Shown one piece after another: positions 12,037 to 24,267 of a stretch of 64,000 nucleotides of DNA. The stretch lies in NCBI GenBank assembly GCA_951406725.2, contig OX597814.1, forward strand, positions 62,124,001 to 62,188,000. Direction: 5' to 3'. The notes below the pieces were generated by a model, which saw only the letters and a program-made list of their open reading frames with translations, made no database searches and was not told the DNA's origin. Positions within the stretch are counted from its first letter, which is position 1; every line of letters starts with the position of its first letter. This DNA comes from Octopus vulgaris. Taxonomy: Eukaryota. A program made the position numbers and the translations under genes.

Positions 12037-12804
12037 GTAAGCATTGAACCGTGAAAAGCTATAGATATTGGGTTTTAAATTTCTTTTGTGATAATTGCAT
12101 GTATGGTTCGTTTGGCGAAATCCTTTACTGACCTTCACGTCTCTCTCTCTCTTTCTTTCTCTCTCTCTCTTATCGCTTTCGTATATATCAGTCGGTTATT
12201 GTATTAATTAAATAGATGTTTAAAAAATCAGAAAATATTAATGATGTGAATGGTCGTAATCTTCATAGTGTGTTTATTTTGCAGTTCGGACAACATTACT
12301 CGTATTCCAGTTAGAGCGGTTTTGTTAACTTTTTGAATATTAAAAGGGGAAAGGACACAAATACATTAGAAAATCCTATTCCTTTCATTTTATACTCATT
12401 TACTTTCTAAAGTCAAAAGCTAGCTTATATAAGTACGAAACTTTTCTTTGTACCCCCCCCCTCCACCCCGTTTGTCAACAAAGCGAGTTTTAACGTTACA
12501 AATCCCACGTGTTTCAAACTTGTAGCTGCGTAGAACATATACAAACCAGGCACGTAGCAGTATGGGCTTTTTCTTATTTTTCAATATACTTCTGAACTGC
12601 TTCGACATATTTACTGGAATAGTTTGTTTGAGAATCGAAATTCAGTTGTGAATTTAGGCTTGCCAGAATTGTTAGAGCGCAAGATTTAATATTGCCCCAT
12701 TACGTTGTGACTTTAGTTTGGATTAGCTTATTATCCTTCTGAGGTCATCTGTATAATCGACAGTTCGATCTCATAAAATATGTCATTGTACTCCAGCTAG
12801 AAAT

Positions 12805-12844
<40 letters not shown>

Positions 12845-14454
12845 TACAATTGTTGCATTACTCCCATTTACATGTCGCATTGAGTTGATACAAATATATA
12901 TATAGATGATCCTTCGTTATTGGTCTATAGAGTGTTGGTACGGAGACACAATGTCATTCACTCTCTTTATCTATGTCATGAGGGAAAGTTGTGTTGGTGA
13001 ATGACATCGTGTACCAATACCGAAGGATTACCAACTCACTCATTCCTTATTTTCACATTCAGACCGTGCAGTCAGTGAAAACAAGTTATTTGCCAAACAC
13101 ATCTCAGTACCCTGTCGGTATTCGCTGAAGCGATAGGACAAATATATCAGCGTGCATGTATTTGTGCGTACCCACCATTTTTTTTTTTTTTTTCTTTGTA
13201 TTAATTCTGATATCATCGAATCCACACACCCTGAAAGATATTTGTAGAAAATTTCATTAAAAAAATATCCACTTTTCTGAAAGATATGAGGGATCAAAGC
13301 CGCTCGTATGAATTTTCCTAAACTTCTCTACTCACTTTCGGGAAAAAAATGTTCACAATTCCGATAAAATCGGAATCTACATCATCTGAAGCTTATTTGT
13401 AGAAAATTTCATCAAAAAGTGTCCATTTTTCTGAAAGTTATGAGGAAACAAAGTGGGGGGCACATTTGTGTAATTATGCATGGAAAAAGGCTTCAAGACA
13501 GGTAACACAATGGGGATAGTCAGTCTAGTTTTACGTTTAAAATGTGTGATACAAAATTATCTGTTAAAAATCATCACCAAAACGGAGAAATCCAATTCCA
13601 ACATATGTCGTGACGACTATTCAGAAAGTTTACCCTACAATTCTGCATAAATTTGAACTCAAAACAAAAGAAAGAAATCCTCCAAGGCTGCCTCTCTTTT
13701 CAACTGAGACTTCAGCTTCTGCTATTTTGAACTTGATATCTCCACTTCAAACCTACTTACATTCTGTCCTTCATCTCATTGCGTCTTTATTCCACCCTCT
13801 CATCAATATGCGACAACCCATCCTACCCTTTACAGAACTAATTCTCTGTATCTTTTTCTCTCCTTCTACTGTTGATCTTTTGAACAGTTCAAGCTGAACA
13901 TTAAACCACATTAACTTTACTTCGTGTTTTACCTCATTTCCTTTCAAAAGGTGTCTGAAAAGGATTAATGAATTAAAAATGAAAACAAGTTTTTGAATAA
14001 CAGAATATTTACATATAAAATATCCATATTTAGGTTATTTTTCACACTACGACTCACCCCATGAACAGTTCTGCTTTACATGTCAAGCAATAGTTATTTT
14101 TTAATTTTTATTAGTTTGCCTTGTTTCTTTCTTTTTAATATTTTGTTATCAGTTGTTTTTACGTTTATTTATCACAAGGTTTAGCTGGTTACATATGTGT
14201 AAATGAGAAAAGTAGAGCAACAATAATATTTCTTAGATATTCAATTACTGGCCTATTTCTACTCCAGATCTAATAACTTTCAATAGTAACTGGCTTTATT
14301 TGCTGACATAAGTAAAATTATGTAATAAATATGAAAGTATTTGAAAGTTACCCTCCTCATTTAGAGACTACATATTGTGGTTGTGGGAGGGACTTCATTC
14401 AAGTAGCTATGGTTTTTTATGTTTCTCGCCTGAGTGAAAAATATGTACATACAC

Positions 14455-14840
14455 GTAGGTGCTGGCATGGCTGTGTGGTAAGAAGCTTGGTTCCAAACTA
14501 CATGGTTCTGGGTTCAATCCCACTGCGTGGCACCTTGTGCTAGTGTTTTCTACTGTAGTCGCAGGCGGACCAAAGCCCTGTGAGTGGATTTGTTTGACAG
14601 AAACTGAAAAGAAGCCCATCACACACACACACACACATATATATGTGTGTGTCTTTGTCCCCCCCACCATCGCTTGACAACCGAAGTTGGTGTGTTTACA
14701 TCCCCGTAACTTAGCAGTTTGACAAAAGAGACCAGTAGATTAAGTACGAGGCTTTTGTGGCCGATTTCTTCAACTAAAACCCTTTAAGACAGTACCCCAT
14801 CATGGCTACAGTCAAATGACTGAAACTAGTAAAAGAATAA
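14455..14840 (+). mobile_element. tRNA-derived SINE (second family)
   Basis: Head tggctgtgtggtaagaagc...gggttcaatcccactgcgtggcacc. Recurs at ~23520, ~32065, ~39108 and (minus) ~41770-41915. Confidence 0.8.
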
Positions 14841-15537
14841 AGCCCTTACAGTGCCAGATTAACATCATTAAACAAAATAAGCATATGCTTATAGGATCCA
14901 GAGAAAGGAAGTACCACAGAAATGGTAAATGGTTTAAGGCACAAAAGAAATCACTTTAAATTTGCTAAAATAATATTTGGGATGCCTTATATATAGAAGC
15001 AGATGTGTTATGTAAGATTAATGTTGATCTGATCAAAGACTTTGCAATTAAAAAAAGTAGGAGAAAACTTTTCAAATTTAAATAGTGAAAGTATACAAAA
15101 ATAAATATTATTTTCCATCTTACTGTATTCTTTCATTTTGAAAAACAAAACTTTATTTTATGGTTTATATTTTGAATTCATCCTTTTTGCCTGCTGAGTG
15201 AACTGGAGCAACATGAAATGAAGTGTCTTGTTCAAGGACATGACGTGCCACTCTGGAAATTGAACTCTTGACCTTAGGATCATGAACCAAATACCCTAAG
15301 CACTAAACCACGTGCCTTCACTTAGCTGGCAATAATGAGTAGTTACTGTATTTCAAAGGGCCGGCAATGTTGCATTCTGTGTCATGCTGAATCTCCCTGA
15401 GAACGACATTAAGGGTACACACATCTGTGGAGTGCTCAGCCACTTAATTTCACAAGCAGGCTGTTTTGTTGATCAGAGCAGCTGGAACCCTCGTAACTGA
15501 CAGAGTGGTTTATATATATATATATATATATATATAA

Positions 15538-15766
15538 AAGGCGGGGAGCTGGTAGAAACGTTAGCACGCCGGGCGAAATTCGTAGCCGTATTTCGTCTGT
15601 CGTTACATTCCGAGTTCAAATTCCGCCGAGGCCGACTTTGCCTTTCATCCTTTCGGGGGTCGATAAATTAAGTACCAGTTACGCACTGGGGTCGATGTAG
15701 TCGACTTAATCCCTTTGTCTGTCCTTGTTTGTCCCCTCTGTGTTTAGCCCCTTGTGGGTAGTAAAG

Positions 15767-15770
<4 letters not shown>
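15538..15770 (+). mobile_element. tRNA-derived SINE (Meta-like core), well-preserved copy
   Basis: ggcggggagctggtagaaacgttagc...gagttcaaattcc...gcctttcatcctttcgggggtcgataaattaagtaccag, between (TA)n tracts. Confidence 0.85.
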
Positions 15771-15807
<37 letters not shown>

Positions 15808-16577
15808 TAGGAAGGGCATCCAGCTGTAGAAACTCTGCCAGATCAGATTGGAGTCTGGTTCGCCAGACCTCGGTCAAATCGTCCAACCCATGCTAGCATG
15901 GAAAGCGGACGTTAAATGATGATGATATATATATATATATATATATATTGGACTACATATATATGGAGGTACCAAAATCCTTTAAGTGCTTAGGGCCTCT
16001 GGCTTTTAATCTGCCTCTGCATACTTACATGACAAGCCTATGTGCAGTTTTCATGTACCAAATTCTCTTTACAATGAATTGGTTGACTTCAGGCTATAAC
16101 ACAAAATACTTGGCCAATATGCCATGTGGTGTGGTTTAAATGCAGAAATGTCTGGTTGTGAAGCAAACTTCTTTATCAACACAACAACTGAGTTAAAAGA
16201 TTACCCTTTATAAGCTGAGGACCTGTTGAAGCAGGTTTGACTAAAAGTAATCAATGTCAGCTACTAAACCAACATCTGCTATAAAATTGTGATGAGCTGA
16301 ACAGAGACCTACTCTTATTTCTTTCTTTACCATATCTTTAAAGAAATGCACAATTTGTATGACATTTTTTTTTTTAAATTCATTTTGAAAATAATTGACA
16401 AAGTTAATGGATTTGAGCTACCATTTGTTGTGGTTCTTTCATTATTAAACTGGAGTTTGGAACATAATTTAGCAAAGTATTCTTAAATAAAATTATGATG
16501 GAAGCTATTTTAAATATGTTGGATTGGTATTAAAAGGATTAAATCTCTGCTGCTGTAGTAATTAATATTGAGTCCTT

Positions 16578-17442
16578 CTTGTGACACTTGTGAAGACCGG
16601 TTGAGGCAAGTGAAAATCAAATCAAATCAAATCAAAATAGACAAAATAGATGAACATCAATGGAATTTGTATCTTGTGGTACCAGTGCCTGTGGCACACA
16701 AGAAATCCATCAGTGCTGTAGTCAGTGCGGTGGGCACATGACAAACACCATCCGATCGTGGCCGTTCGCCAGCCTCATCTAGCACCTGTGTCGGTGGCAC
16801 ATAAAAACACCATCCGAAGACCCGGCAAGACTAGTCAGGCCATAACCCATGGCCCCTACCTGGGACGTAGTCAGTCCACCTGTGACACTTGTGAAGACCT
16901 GTTGAGGCAAGTGAAAATCAAAAAAAAAAAAAAAAAAATCAAATCAAATCAAAATAGATGAACATCAATGGAATTTGTATCCTTGTGGTACCAGTGCCGG
17001 TGGCACGTGGCACACAAGAAAACCATCCGAACGTGGCCGTAGCCAGTACCGCATCGACTGGCCTCCGTGCTGTGGGCACGTAACAAGCACCATCCGATCG
17101 TGGCCGTTTTGCCAGCCTCATCTGGCACCTGTGCCGGTGGCACATAAAAATACCATCCGAGCGTGGCCGTCTGCCAGCCTCGTCTGGCACCTGTGTCGGT
17201 GGCACATGAAAAACACCATCCGAGCGTGGCCGTTTGCCAGCCTCGTCTGGCACCTGTGTCAGTGGCACATAAAATCACCCACTACACTCTCGAAGTGGTT
17301 GGCGTTAGGAAGGGCATCCAGCTGTAGAAACACTGCCAGATCTGACTGGACTGGTGCAGCTTTCGGGCTCCCCAGACCCCAGTTGAACCGTCCAACCCAT
17401 GCTAGCATGGAAAGCGGACGTTAAATGATGATGATGATGATG
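16578..17442 (+). mobile_element. RTE-LINE 3' UTR-derived element, partly duplicated, with internal ~60-bp tandem repeats and (GAT)n tail
   Basis: The head ctgtgacacttgtgaagacc occurs twice (16579, 16880). Repeated unit ccatccga.cgtggccgt..gccagcctc.tctggcacctgtg.cggtggcaca. The tail ggaaagcggacgttaaatgatgatg is shared with the LINE at 17853-19140. Confidence 0.75.
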
Positions 17443-17605
17443 AATGTGTGACTTGACTCTAGATAAATGATTTTTAACCTCCTGAAATAAGTTGATTTTA
17501 ACACATTTAAGTGTATAAATCACTAAAAAGCTAACTAGAAATAAATATAGTGAGGAAAAAAATTTATTTAATCACTAACTGAAAATATTTTCACTGGGAA
17601 ACAAC

Positions 17606-17646
17606 TCTAGACATGTTTCAGTCTTAATCTGACCTTGTCAGTGAAG
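17606..17646 (-). ncRNA. Degenerate minimal type I hammerhead-like motif (G8A)
   Basis: Minus strand: uuca CUGACAA gguc agauuaa gacu GAAA caug UC uagag; palindromic ACAUGU stem/loop III. Confidence 0.45.
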
Positions 17647-17852
17647 TGTGTGTGTGTGCTTCTCTCTTTTTCTTAGTTTTTAGAATAGGTACACTACCTC
17701 TGCATGTTTTAAGAGGTGACATCAAAAAGATTTGGCATGAGGAAGGGGATCTCATAAAATGTTGCCTCTAGAGGCCCTGCGCAAACCATGGATAGTGATG
17801 ATATATATATAATAACAATATAATAAATAAATAAAACATATGCATATATACA

Positions 17853-19140
17853 TTGGAATCAAAGGGCCTTAGAATAAATGTAGCAAAGACCAAAGTATTA
17901 GTAAGCAGCAAGAGGTACTCAACACACATCCCCTCGGGTAGGTGGCCCTGCTCAACCTGTAGGAAAGGTACAGGTAGAAACTCCATAAGATGCACCCAAT
18001 GTAAGTTATGGACACATAAGAGGTGCAGCAACATTAAAGGGAAATTAACAGATAAGATAGCTTTCATGTGCGGCAGATGCACAGGGACAATAGACACAAC
18101 AGACACTCAGAAAACAGATTCCATCACACTCCAGGGAGAGAAACTAGAAGTAGTTGATAGTTTCCGCTACCTGGGAGACCAAGTTAGTAGCGGAGGTGGA
18201 TGCACAGAGAGTATCACCACTAGAATACGAATAGCCTGGGCAAAGTTCAGAAAGCTCCTACCCCTACTGGCAACAAAAGGCCTCTCCCTCAGAGCAAAAG
18301 GTAGATTATATGATGCATGTGTGCGAACTGCCATGCTTCACGGTAATGAAACATGGGCTGTGACTGCAGAAGACATGCGTAGACTTGAAAGAAATGAAGC
18401 TAGCATGATCCGCTGGATGTGTAGTGTCAGTGTGCACGCAAAACAGAGTGTAAGTATCCTGAGAGAAATGCTGGATATAAGAAGCATCAGATGTGGTGTG
18501 CAAGAGCGACGCTTGCGATGGTATGGTCATGTGCTGCGGATGGATGAAGAGAGATGTGTGAAGAAGTGCCACTCCCAAACAGTTGAAGGTATCAGGGGGA
18601 GAGGTAGACCCAGGAAGACATGGGATGAGGTGGTCAAGCATGACCTCAGAGCATTGGGCCTCACTGAGGCAATGGCGAAGGACCGAGATCTCTGGAGATA
18701 TGCTGTGACTACAAAGACCCGGGCTGCTTTCTGCAGCAATTCCACATACCCCCTACCCATTCTAAGTACCCCCCTACCCATTCTAAGTACCCCGGATCCC
18801 CAAAGTACCCCGGATCCCCAAAGTACCCTGGATCCCCAAAATACCCCAATCCCCAAAGTACCCCGGACCTCGTTGCCCCCGTGCCGCTGACACGTTAAAA
18901 TGCTCGAATCCGATCGTGACGATGCCGGACCCTCCGGCCCCTGTGCAGGTGGCACGTAAAAAGCACCCAATCCACTCACGGAGTGGTTGGCGTTAGGAAG
19001 GACATCCAGCCGTAGAAACTCTGCCAGATTCAGACTGGAGCCTGGAGCGGGCCCCTGGCTTCCCAGACCCGGTCAAACCGTCCAACCCGTGCTAGCGCGG
19101 AAAGCGGACGTTAAACGATGATGATGATGATGATGATGAT
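17853..19140 (+). mobile_element. 5'-truncated RTE-clade LINE with open RT C-terminal frame, Cys/His finger, 3' UTR and (GAT)n tail
   Basis: 345-aa ORF 17853-18890: GLRINVAKTKVL, CSTC...CTQC..WTHKRC...CGRC, LEVVDSFRYLGD, RLYDACVRTAMLHGNETW, RRLRWYGHVLRM, RGRGRPRKTW. Confidence 0.93.
18748..18868 (+). repeat. Minisatellites (21-bp tacccccctacccattctaag x2; 18-bp cccaaagtaccccggatc x~4)
   Basis: Direct read, within the LINE 3' region. Confidence 0.85.
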
Positions 19141-20016
19141 ATGTACATACTTACATCTATATGTATATATACATGCATATATATATATATGAGTACAGGA
19201 CACCACAAATAAACATAGAACACAACGAGAAACGAAAACATAAAATCAAACAAGGAAACGGACTTTTTTTAACAACGAAAAAACAGAGTACAGGACAAAC
19301 AATACAAGGAAAATTCCCCTTCATCAGCTGCCCCTGGTTCGACTCAATGCGTGTTTCGAAGGTAAAGGCAGAACACGGCCAGGCCGAAGCAGTCCTTCCG
19401 GCAAAAGGAATTAAATAAAATTCTTTTGCAGAGGGGTAAAACAAGTGACAAGAACAGGACGTAAAAGCAATACAAATGAAGAAAAAAACAGTACAAATAA
19501 AGAATAACAGGACAAGGAAACCAACAATAAGGGCTTATATATATATATATCATTCACTCATGGCAGTGGGTCAACGTTTAGTTACTCATGAATATTTCTA
19601 GGATTCATTACTAATTCCATTCTCACCCAAATTCAATTTTTATTTTTTATTTTTTATTTTATCTAGTTTCAGCTCACGAGCTGTGGCCATGCTGGGGCAC
19701 CGCCATTAAAATATCAGTGCCCGGGTCCATTGACTTTGAGTCTAAATATCTCAATTAATATTGAAAACTATACAACAGTTGTGTTCAAATGAACCACATG
19801 GTGCAAACCTTGTTAAAAAATATTAGACACATAATAGCCATTTCATTTTAAGATATCTGTTGTTATAATGCATCAGATGTCATAGGTAGCTTAGCTTAAT
19901 GGTACAGAGAGCTTAACAGGAGTTTCAGAGGTGTGGGGTTTGATTCTTTGTAATGGCTTGCTTAGCCCCATTTTTTTATTCCGTTTTTCTAAGGGTATAT
20001 AGCTGATCTTCTAAGC

Positions 20017-22010
20017 CAGTGGTTCTTAACCTGGGTTCGATCAAACCCTAGGGGTTCATTGAGCCAGTCTCAGGTTCGGCGGGGGTCAAAATACACACAG
20101 CATAGCCTGGTTCACACTAGCAATGTCGGACCATATTTGTCAGCTGTCAAAAAACCGGCTGCCGACTATTTGGCAACACAATTTTTCTTCACCATGTTAG
20201 ATTACAGATAGTTAGTTGCATAGTAAAAATTTGTTACACAAAATAAATTTCCATGATAAACTAGTTTATTAAAAGATAAGTTACAATAACACTATAAAAT
20301 TTAATTTTAAAATATTAATTTATAAATAAATAAATAAATTTTAAAAGTGTTTTGAACAAAGCAAAAAATTGACCCAGGTGTGTGTGTCTGTTCCTTTCAG
20401 CCCACTCATATTGTTTGTGACATCATTGGCTGCAGCTGATCATGCTACATCGCTTGGCTTTGATATCTGTGCTGCAGGATACTTGGTGTGCTCAGTAGTC
20501 CACTTGTGGCTGTTGTGATTGTACGTCATTTGTGATTTTCTTTTAATCTTACAAACCCTTTATACTAACTATGTTGATGGGAAAAAGAAAATGGTTGAAC
20601 GAATACATACAGTATGGCTTCACGTGTATAAAGGAACGTGATGGGACTCAGCATCAATGCATGATTTGCAATGCCAAGTTGAGCAATTCTAGTCTAGCAC
20701 CAGCAAAACTAAAAGAACACTTCCTAGAGCTGCATGGAGATGGGAAATACAAGAACACAACACTTGCTGAATTCAAGGTGAAACGAATCAGATTCGATGA
20801 AAAGGCTACTCTGCCTGTTCTTGGCTTTGTACCCATCAACAAACCGATCCTCACAGCATCATACAAAGTTGTGTACTTGATCGCAAAGCAGGGCAAACCA
20901 CACACCATTGGTGAAACACTCGTATAACCAGTTGCTTTGAAGATGGCAAATATCATGCTGGGAAAAGCTGCTGAAGATAAGTTATCCCAAATTCCTCTTT
21001 AAAATAACACTACCAGCAGAAGAATGTATGATATGAGCGATGACATCTTGGTTCAAGTAGTTGCAGATCTGATTTCAAACCCAGCAAAATTCAGCCTCCA
21101 ACTTGACAAGACCACCAACATTTCCAGTCTGAGCCTGCTTCTTGCTGTATTCAAGTGCTAAGTGAAAGACAACATGATAAAGGAAGATTTTATTTATTTT
21201 GTAAGCCTCTTACAATAAAAACCAAGGCAGCTGATGTGAAGAAACTCATGGATAGCTTCTTCAGAGACAATGGGCTCTCATGGAATATGGTTTCTGCAGT
21301 TTGTTCGGTCAGAGCTCCAGCCATGCTGGGATGACACTCTGGTTTTGGAGTGGTGGTGAAATCTGATGCACCACTCATCATTGTTACATACTGTGTTCTA
21401 CACAGGCATGAATTGGTAACAAAAATTTTGCCTCCAAAACTGGCAGAAATATTAAAACTTATAGTTGAATTTGTGAACTACATGTAAAATAGTACTGTGA
21501 AGCACTGCATCTTCAAAGAGCTGTGTAATGAAATGGGCTCTGAATTCGAGGTACTTTTATACCATTCTAACATCTGGTGGTTATCCCAGGAAAGGTGCTA
21601 AATTTTATTTTTACTATGCATGTGGAATTAGCCCTGTTTTTGCGAAAGTACAACATTGTCATGTAGATTGCTTCAAAAATTCTGAGCTCATTCTCATTTT
21701 AGCATACATGGCTGATATTTTTGATGCTCTTGATCTTCTCAATCGACAGATGCAGGGCAGTTAAGTCAACATCATTGAAGCTGAAGAAAACCTGAAGGTG
21801 TTTTAAAAAAAGCTACCTTTATGGAAACAATGAACAGAGAATGATAATTTCACAAGCTTCCCCCCGTTGGACAACTCTGTAAGTAAGATTGAAGATGTGT
21901 CTGGAATTGAAGATACTTCTGCACCTGGAGAGCTGAAGTAAGCTATTACCATGCACTTAGATGAGCTTACAAAGTCTCTCGACGGATACTTCCCCACCAG
22001 AGTGTCCTAT
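20017..22010 (+). mobile_element. hAT (Buster/Charlie-type) DNA transposon, transposase pseudogene, 3' end missing
   Basis: Left TIR cagtggttcttaacctggg. ORF 20571-20927 reads KRKWLNEYIQYGF...CMICNAKLSNSSLAPAKLKEHF...IAKQGKPHTIGETLV (ZBED8/FAM200-like). Downstream frames are broken (LAYMADIFDAL...). Confidence 0.9.
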
Positions 22011-22386
22011 CTGAAATTGTTCATCATGTAGTGTGTGCATTTTGGGGGGGTTTTCTTTTTATTGCAAATTATTTTAATTTAAAGTAATATTTTATTTAAA
22101 TGTTTCTGTGTATTAAGCTGAAACATTTGTCTTATTTTTTAAAATTTTATTTTCATAACAAAACTCATTATCTAATAATCTTAAATCATAGATCTTGTGT
22201 TATTAGATTAACCTCATATAGAATGTATGTGATTCAAAAGAGTAAAAGATAGTAAAAAAAAATATCGTCTGCATTATCAGATATCAAAATATTTTTCTGT
22301 TTACATTTAGGAGAAAATTAAAAAAAAACAAAAGCTAATGAACAAATTGTGTGCAAAATGTAGAAATGACTGGCGTTTTTTTTTTT

Positions 22387-22599
22387 TTAAACCTTTAGTA
22401 TTTAATCCGGCCATATCCAGCCCAGATATTCTATCTGTTTTATGTTAAAACTGATGAAATCCTACCCTACAATGTTATTCTGAAAATAAACAATCGCAAC
22501 ATTGAAATTTTGATGCTGTGAGATAATACATGATTAATTCAAAGCAATGTGAATAAATAAGCATCACATTTGACAATAACCTGAATGCTAAAGGGTTAA
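22387..22599. mobile_element. piggyBac-type MITE (~210 bp)
   Basis: TTAA at both ends, termini acctttag.../...ctaaaggg; same family at 63009-63225 and ~63430-63628. Confidence 0.7.
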
Positions 22600-22871
22600 A
22601 AAAACTTAGTGAGTTCTAACACATTGTCAATTTTGCTTAAATTGCTATTACATGATTTTTTAAAAATTATATATATTTGTAATATCAAATTTTTAATGTG
22701 GAAACTTGCAGGCAATTAATCTTTTCACTAAAATTGAAAACAAATAGCTTGAGTATTTTAATTTAAACTTTTATGTAAAAGTAAAAAAATATAAAAGAGC
22801 ATTTATTACTATTTTTGTTTTTTAAATTCTAACTTCAGCAGGATTATTTTTTTAAGCTTTTTCTCCTTGTC

Positions 22872-23090
22872 CTGTACTTTTCCAGGTTCAGTGCATAAGA
22901 ATATTGTAGCTCTCTGTGCTCACATTTTTCATTCTTTTACTGCTTATTCTGTACTTATCCAGATTCAATACTTAGGAATATTTTAGAATTCTGTGCCTGC
23001 ACTTTTCATTCTGTTATTGCTTGTTGTGTACTTTTCCAGGTATGATACTTAAGAATATTTTAGGATTCTGCATCTGCATTTTTCTCATTC
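22872..23090 (+). repeat. ~77-bp diverged tandem repeat, ~3 units
   Basis: Unit tgtactt.tccag.t...t.c.ta.gaatatt.tag..t.ctg...ttttcattc repeated at 22872, 22949 and 23027. Confidence 0.8.
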
Positions 23091-23347
23091 TCGCTCTCTC
23101 ATACAAGATACATTTCTGCCTGAACAAATCAGTCACTATTTTCTTCGCTACATAACAATCACTTCATGCTTGGCATTGAATATATATTCACATTTTTAAC
23201 AATGGATCTTGACCTAGCAACATTAATATCAGTAATTACATTTGGTTGACAACAAAAGAAACAAGTGTTCAATTTCCACAAAAGTCTTTCTTTTAATTCT
23301 GTATTCCCTGTTTATTGTTTTTTCCTTTTTTTTTTTTTTTCTTTTAG

Positions 23348-23427
23348 AGAGATTTTATAACAAGTCCCATGAATGGATTTCCTTTAGTAATGGTGTTGGA
23401 ACTATCGGGATTTCTGATTATGCTCAG
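23348..23427 (+). CDS. GCSH: GCSH exon 2 (80 nt)
   Basis: Poly-T tract, tag| acceptor; (E)RFYNKSHEWISFSNGVGTIGISDYAQ; |gtaaga donor. Confidence 0.96.
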
Positions 23428-23678
23428 GTAAGAAACATTGCATATAATTCCAAACATTTTTATAGCTAAGTGGTTTTGCATTAAAATCATTTTAATGCCA
23501 TATATGTGTGCATTAATATATGGCTGTGCTGGCATGATTGTGTGGTAAGAAGATTGTTTCCCTGCCACATGATTCCAGTTCAGTCCCACTGTGTGACACC
23601 TTGGACAAGTCTCTTCTACTATAGCCTTGGGCCAACCAAAGCCTTGTAAGTGTATATGGTACACAGAAACTGAAAGAA

Positions 23679-23909
23679 GGCGGTGAGCTGGCAGAAACAT
23701 TAGCACGCCGGGCGAAATGCTTAGCAGTATTTTGTCTGCTGTTACGTTCTGAGTTCAAATTCCGCCTAGGTCAACTTTGCCTTTCATCCTTTCGTGGTCA
23801 ATAAATTAAGTACCAGTTGCATAGTGAGGTCGATGTAATCGACTTAATCTCTTTGTCTGTCCTTGTTTGTCTACTCTCTGTTTAGCCCCTTGTGGGCAAT
23901 AAAGAAATA
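23679..23909 (+). mobile_element. Meta-like SINE nested in a second-family SINE, with 15-bp TSD
   Basis: agaaactgaaagaag (23665-23679) and agaaattgaaagaag (23910-23924) flank it; the host SINE spans ~23520-24135. Confidence 0.8.
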
Positions 23910-24155
23910 AGAAATTGAAAGAAGCCTGTTGTGTGTGTGTTTGTATCTGTGTTTTTGTAACCCACCACCACTTCGGTGTTGGTTTGTTTATGACTCTGTA
24001 AATTAGTGGTTCAGCAAAAGAGGCCAATAGAATAAATACAAGTCTTAAAAAGGTAAATACTGAGGTTCAACTACAAATTTTCAAGTCAGTGCCCAAGCAT
24101 AGCCACAGTCTAATGACAAAAACAAGCAGAAGATAAGATATATATATATATAATG

Positions 24156-24190
24156 TCAATAGCCTTCTTCAGCCGCGCACAATTACCACA

Positions 24191-24232
<42 letters not shown>

Positions 24233-24267
24233 TGTGGTAATTTTGTGCAGCTGAAGAAGGCTATTGA
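24156..24267. repeat. Inverted repeat (37-bp arms) around a (TA)n centre
   Basis: tcaatagccttcttcagccgcgcacaattaccacacc (TA)n ggtgtggtaattttgtgcagctgaagaaggctattga. Confidence 0.9.

Noticed and set aside
16740-17270. Regularly spaced ~60-bp repeats resembling a CRISPR array
   Set aside because: The units are contiguous tandem repeats without unique spacers, inside a retroelement tail in a eukaryotic genome with no cas genes.
19885-19970. tRNA-like sequence (tagcttaatggta...ggtttgattc)
   Set aside because: The stems and B-box are degenerate, consistent with a SINE head or tRNA pseudogene. The same applies to the other SINE heads; no true tRNA gene is supported.
20571-20927. Possible domesticated ZBED8/FAM200-like gene
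   Set aside because: It has a premature stop, multiple downstream frameshifts and a retained TIR, so it is a dead transposon.
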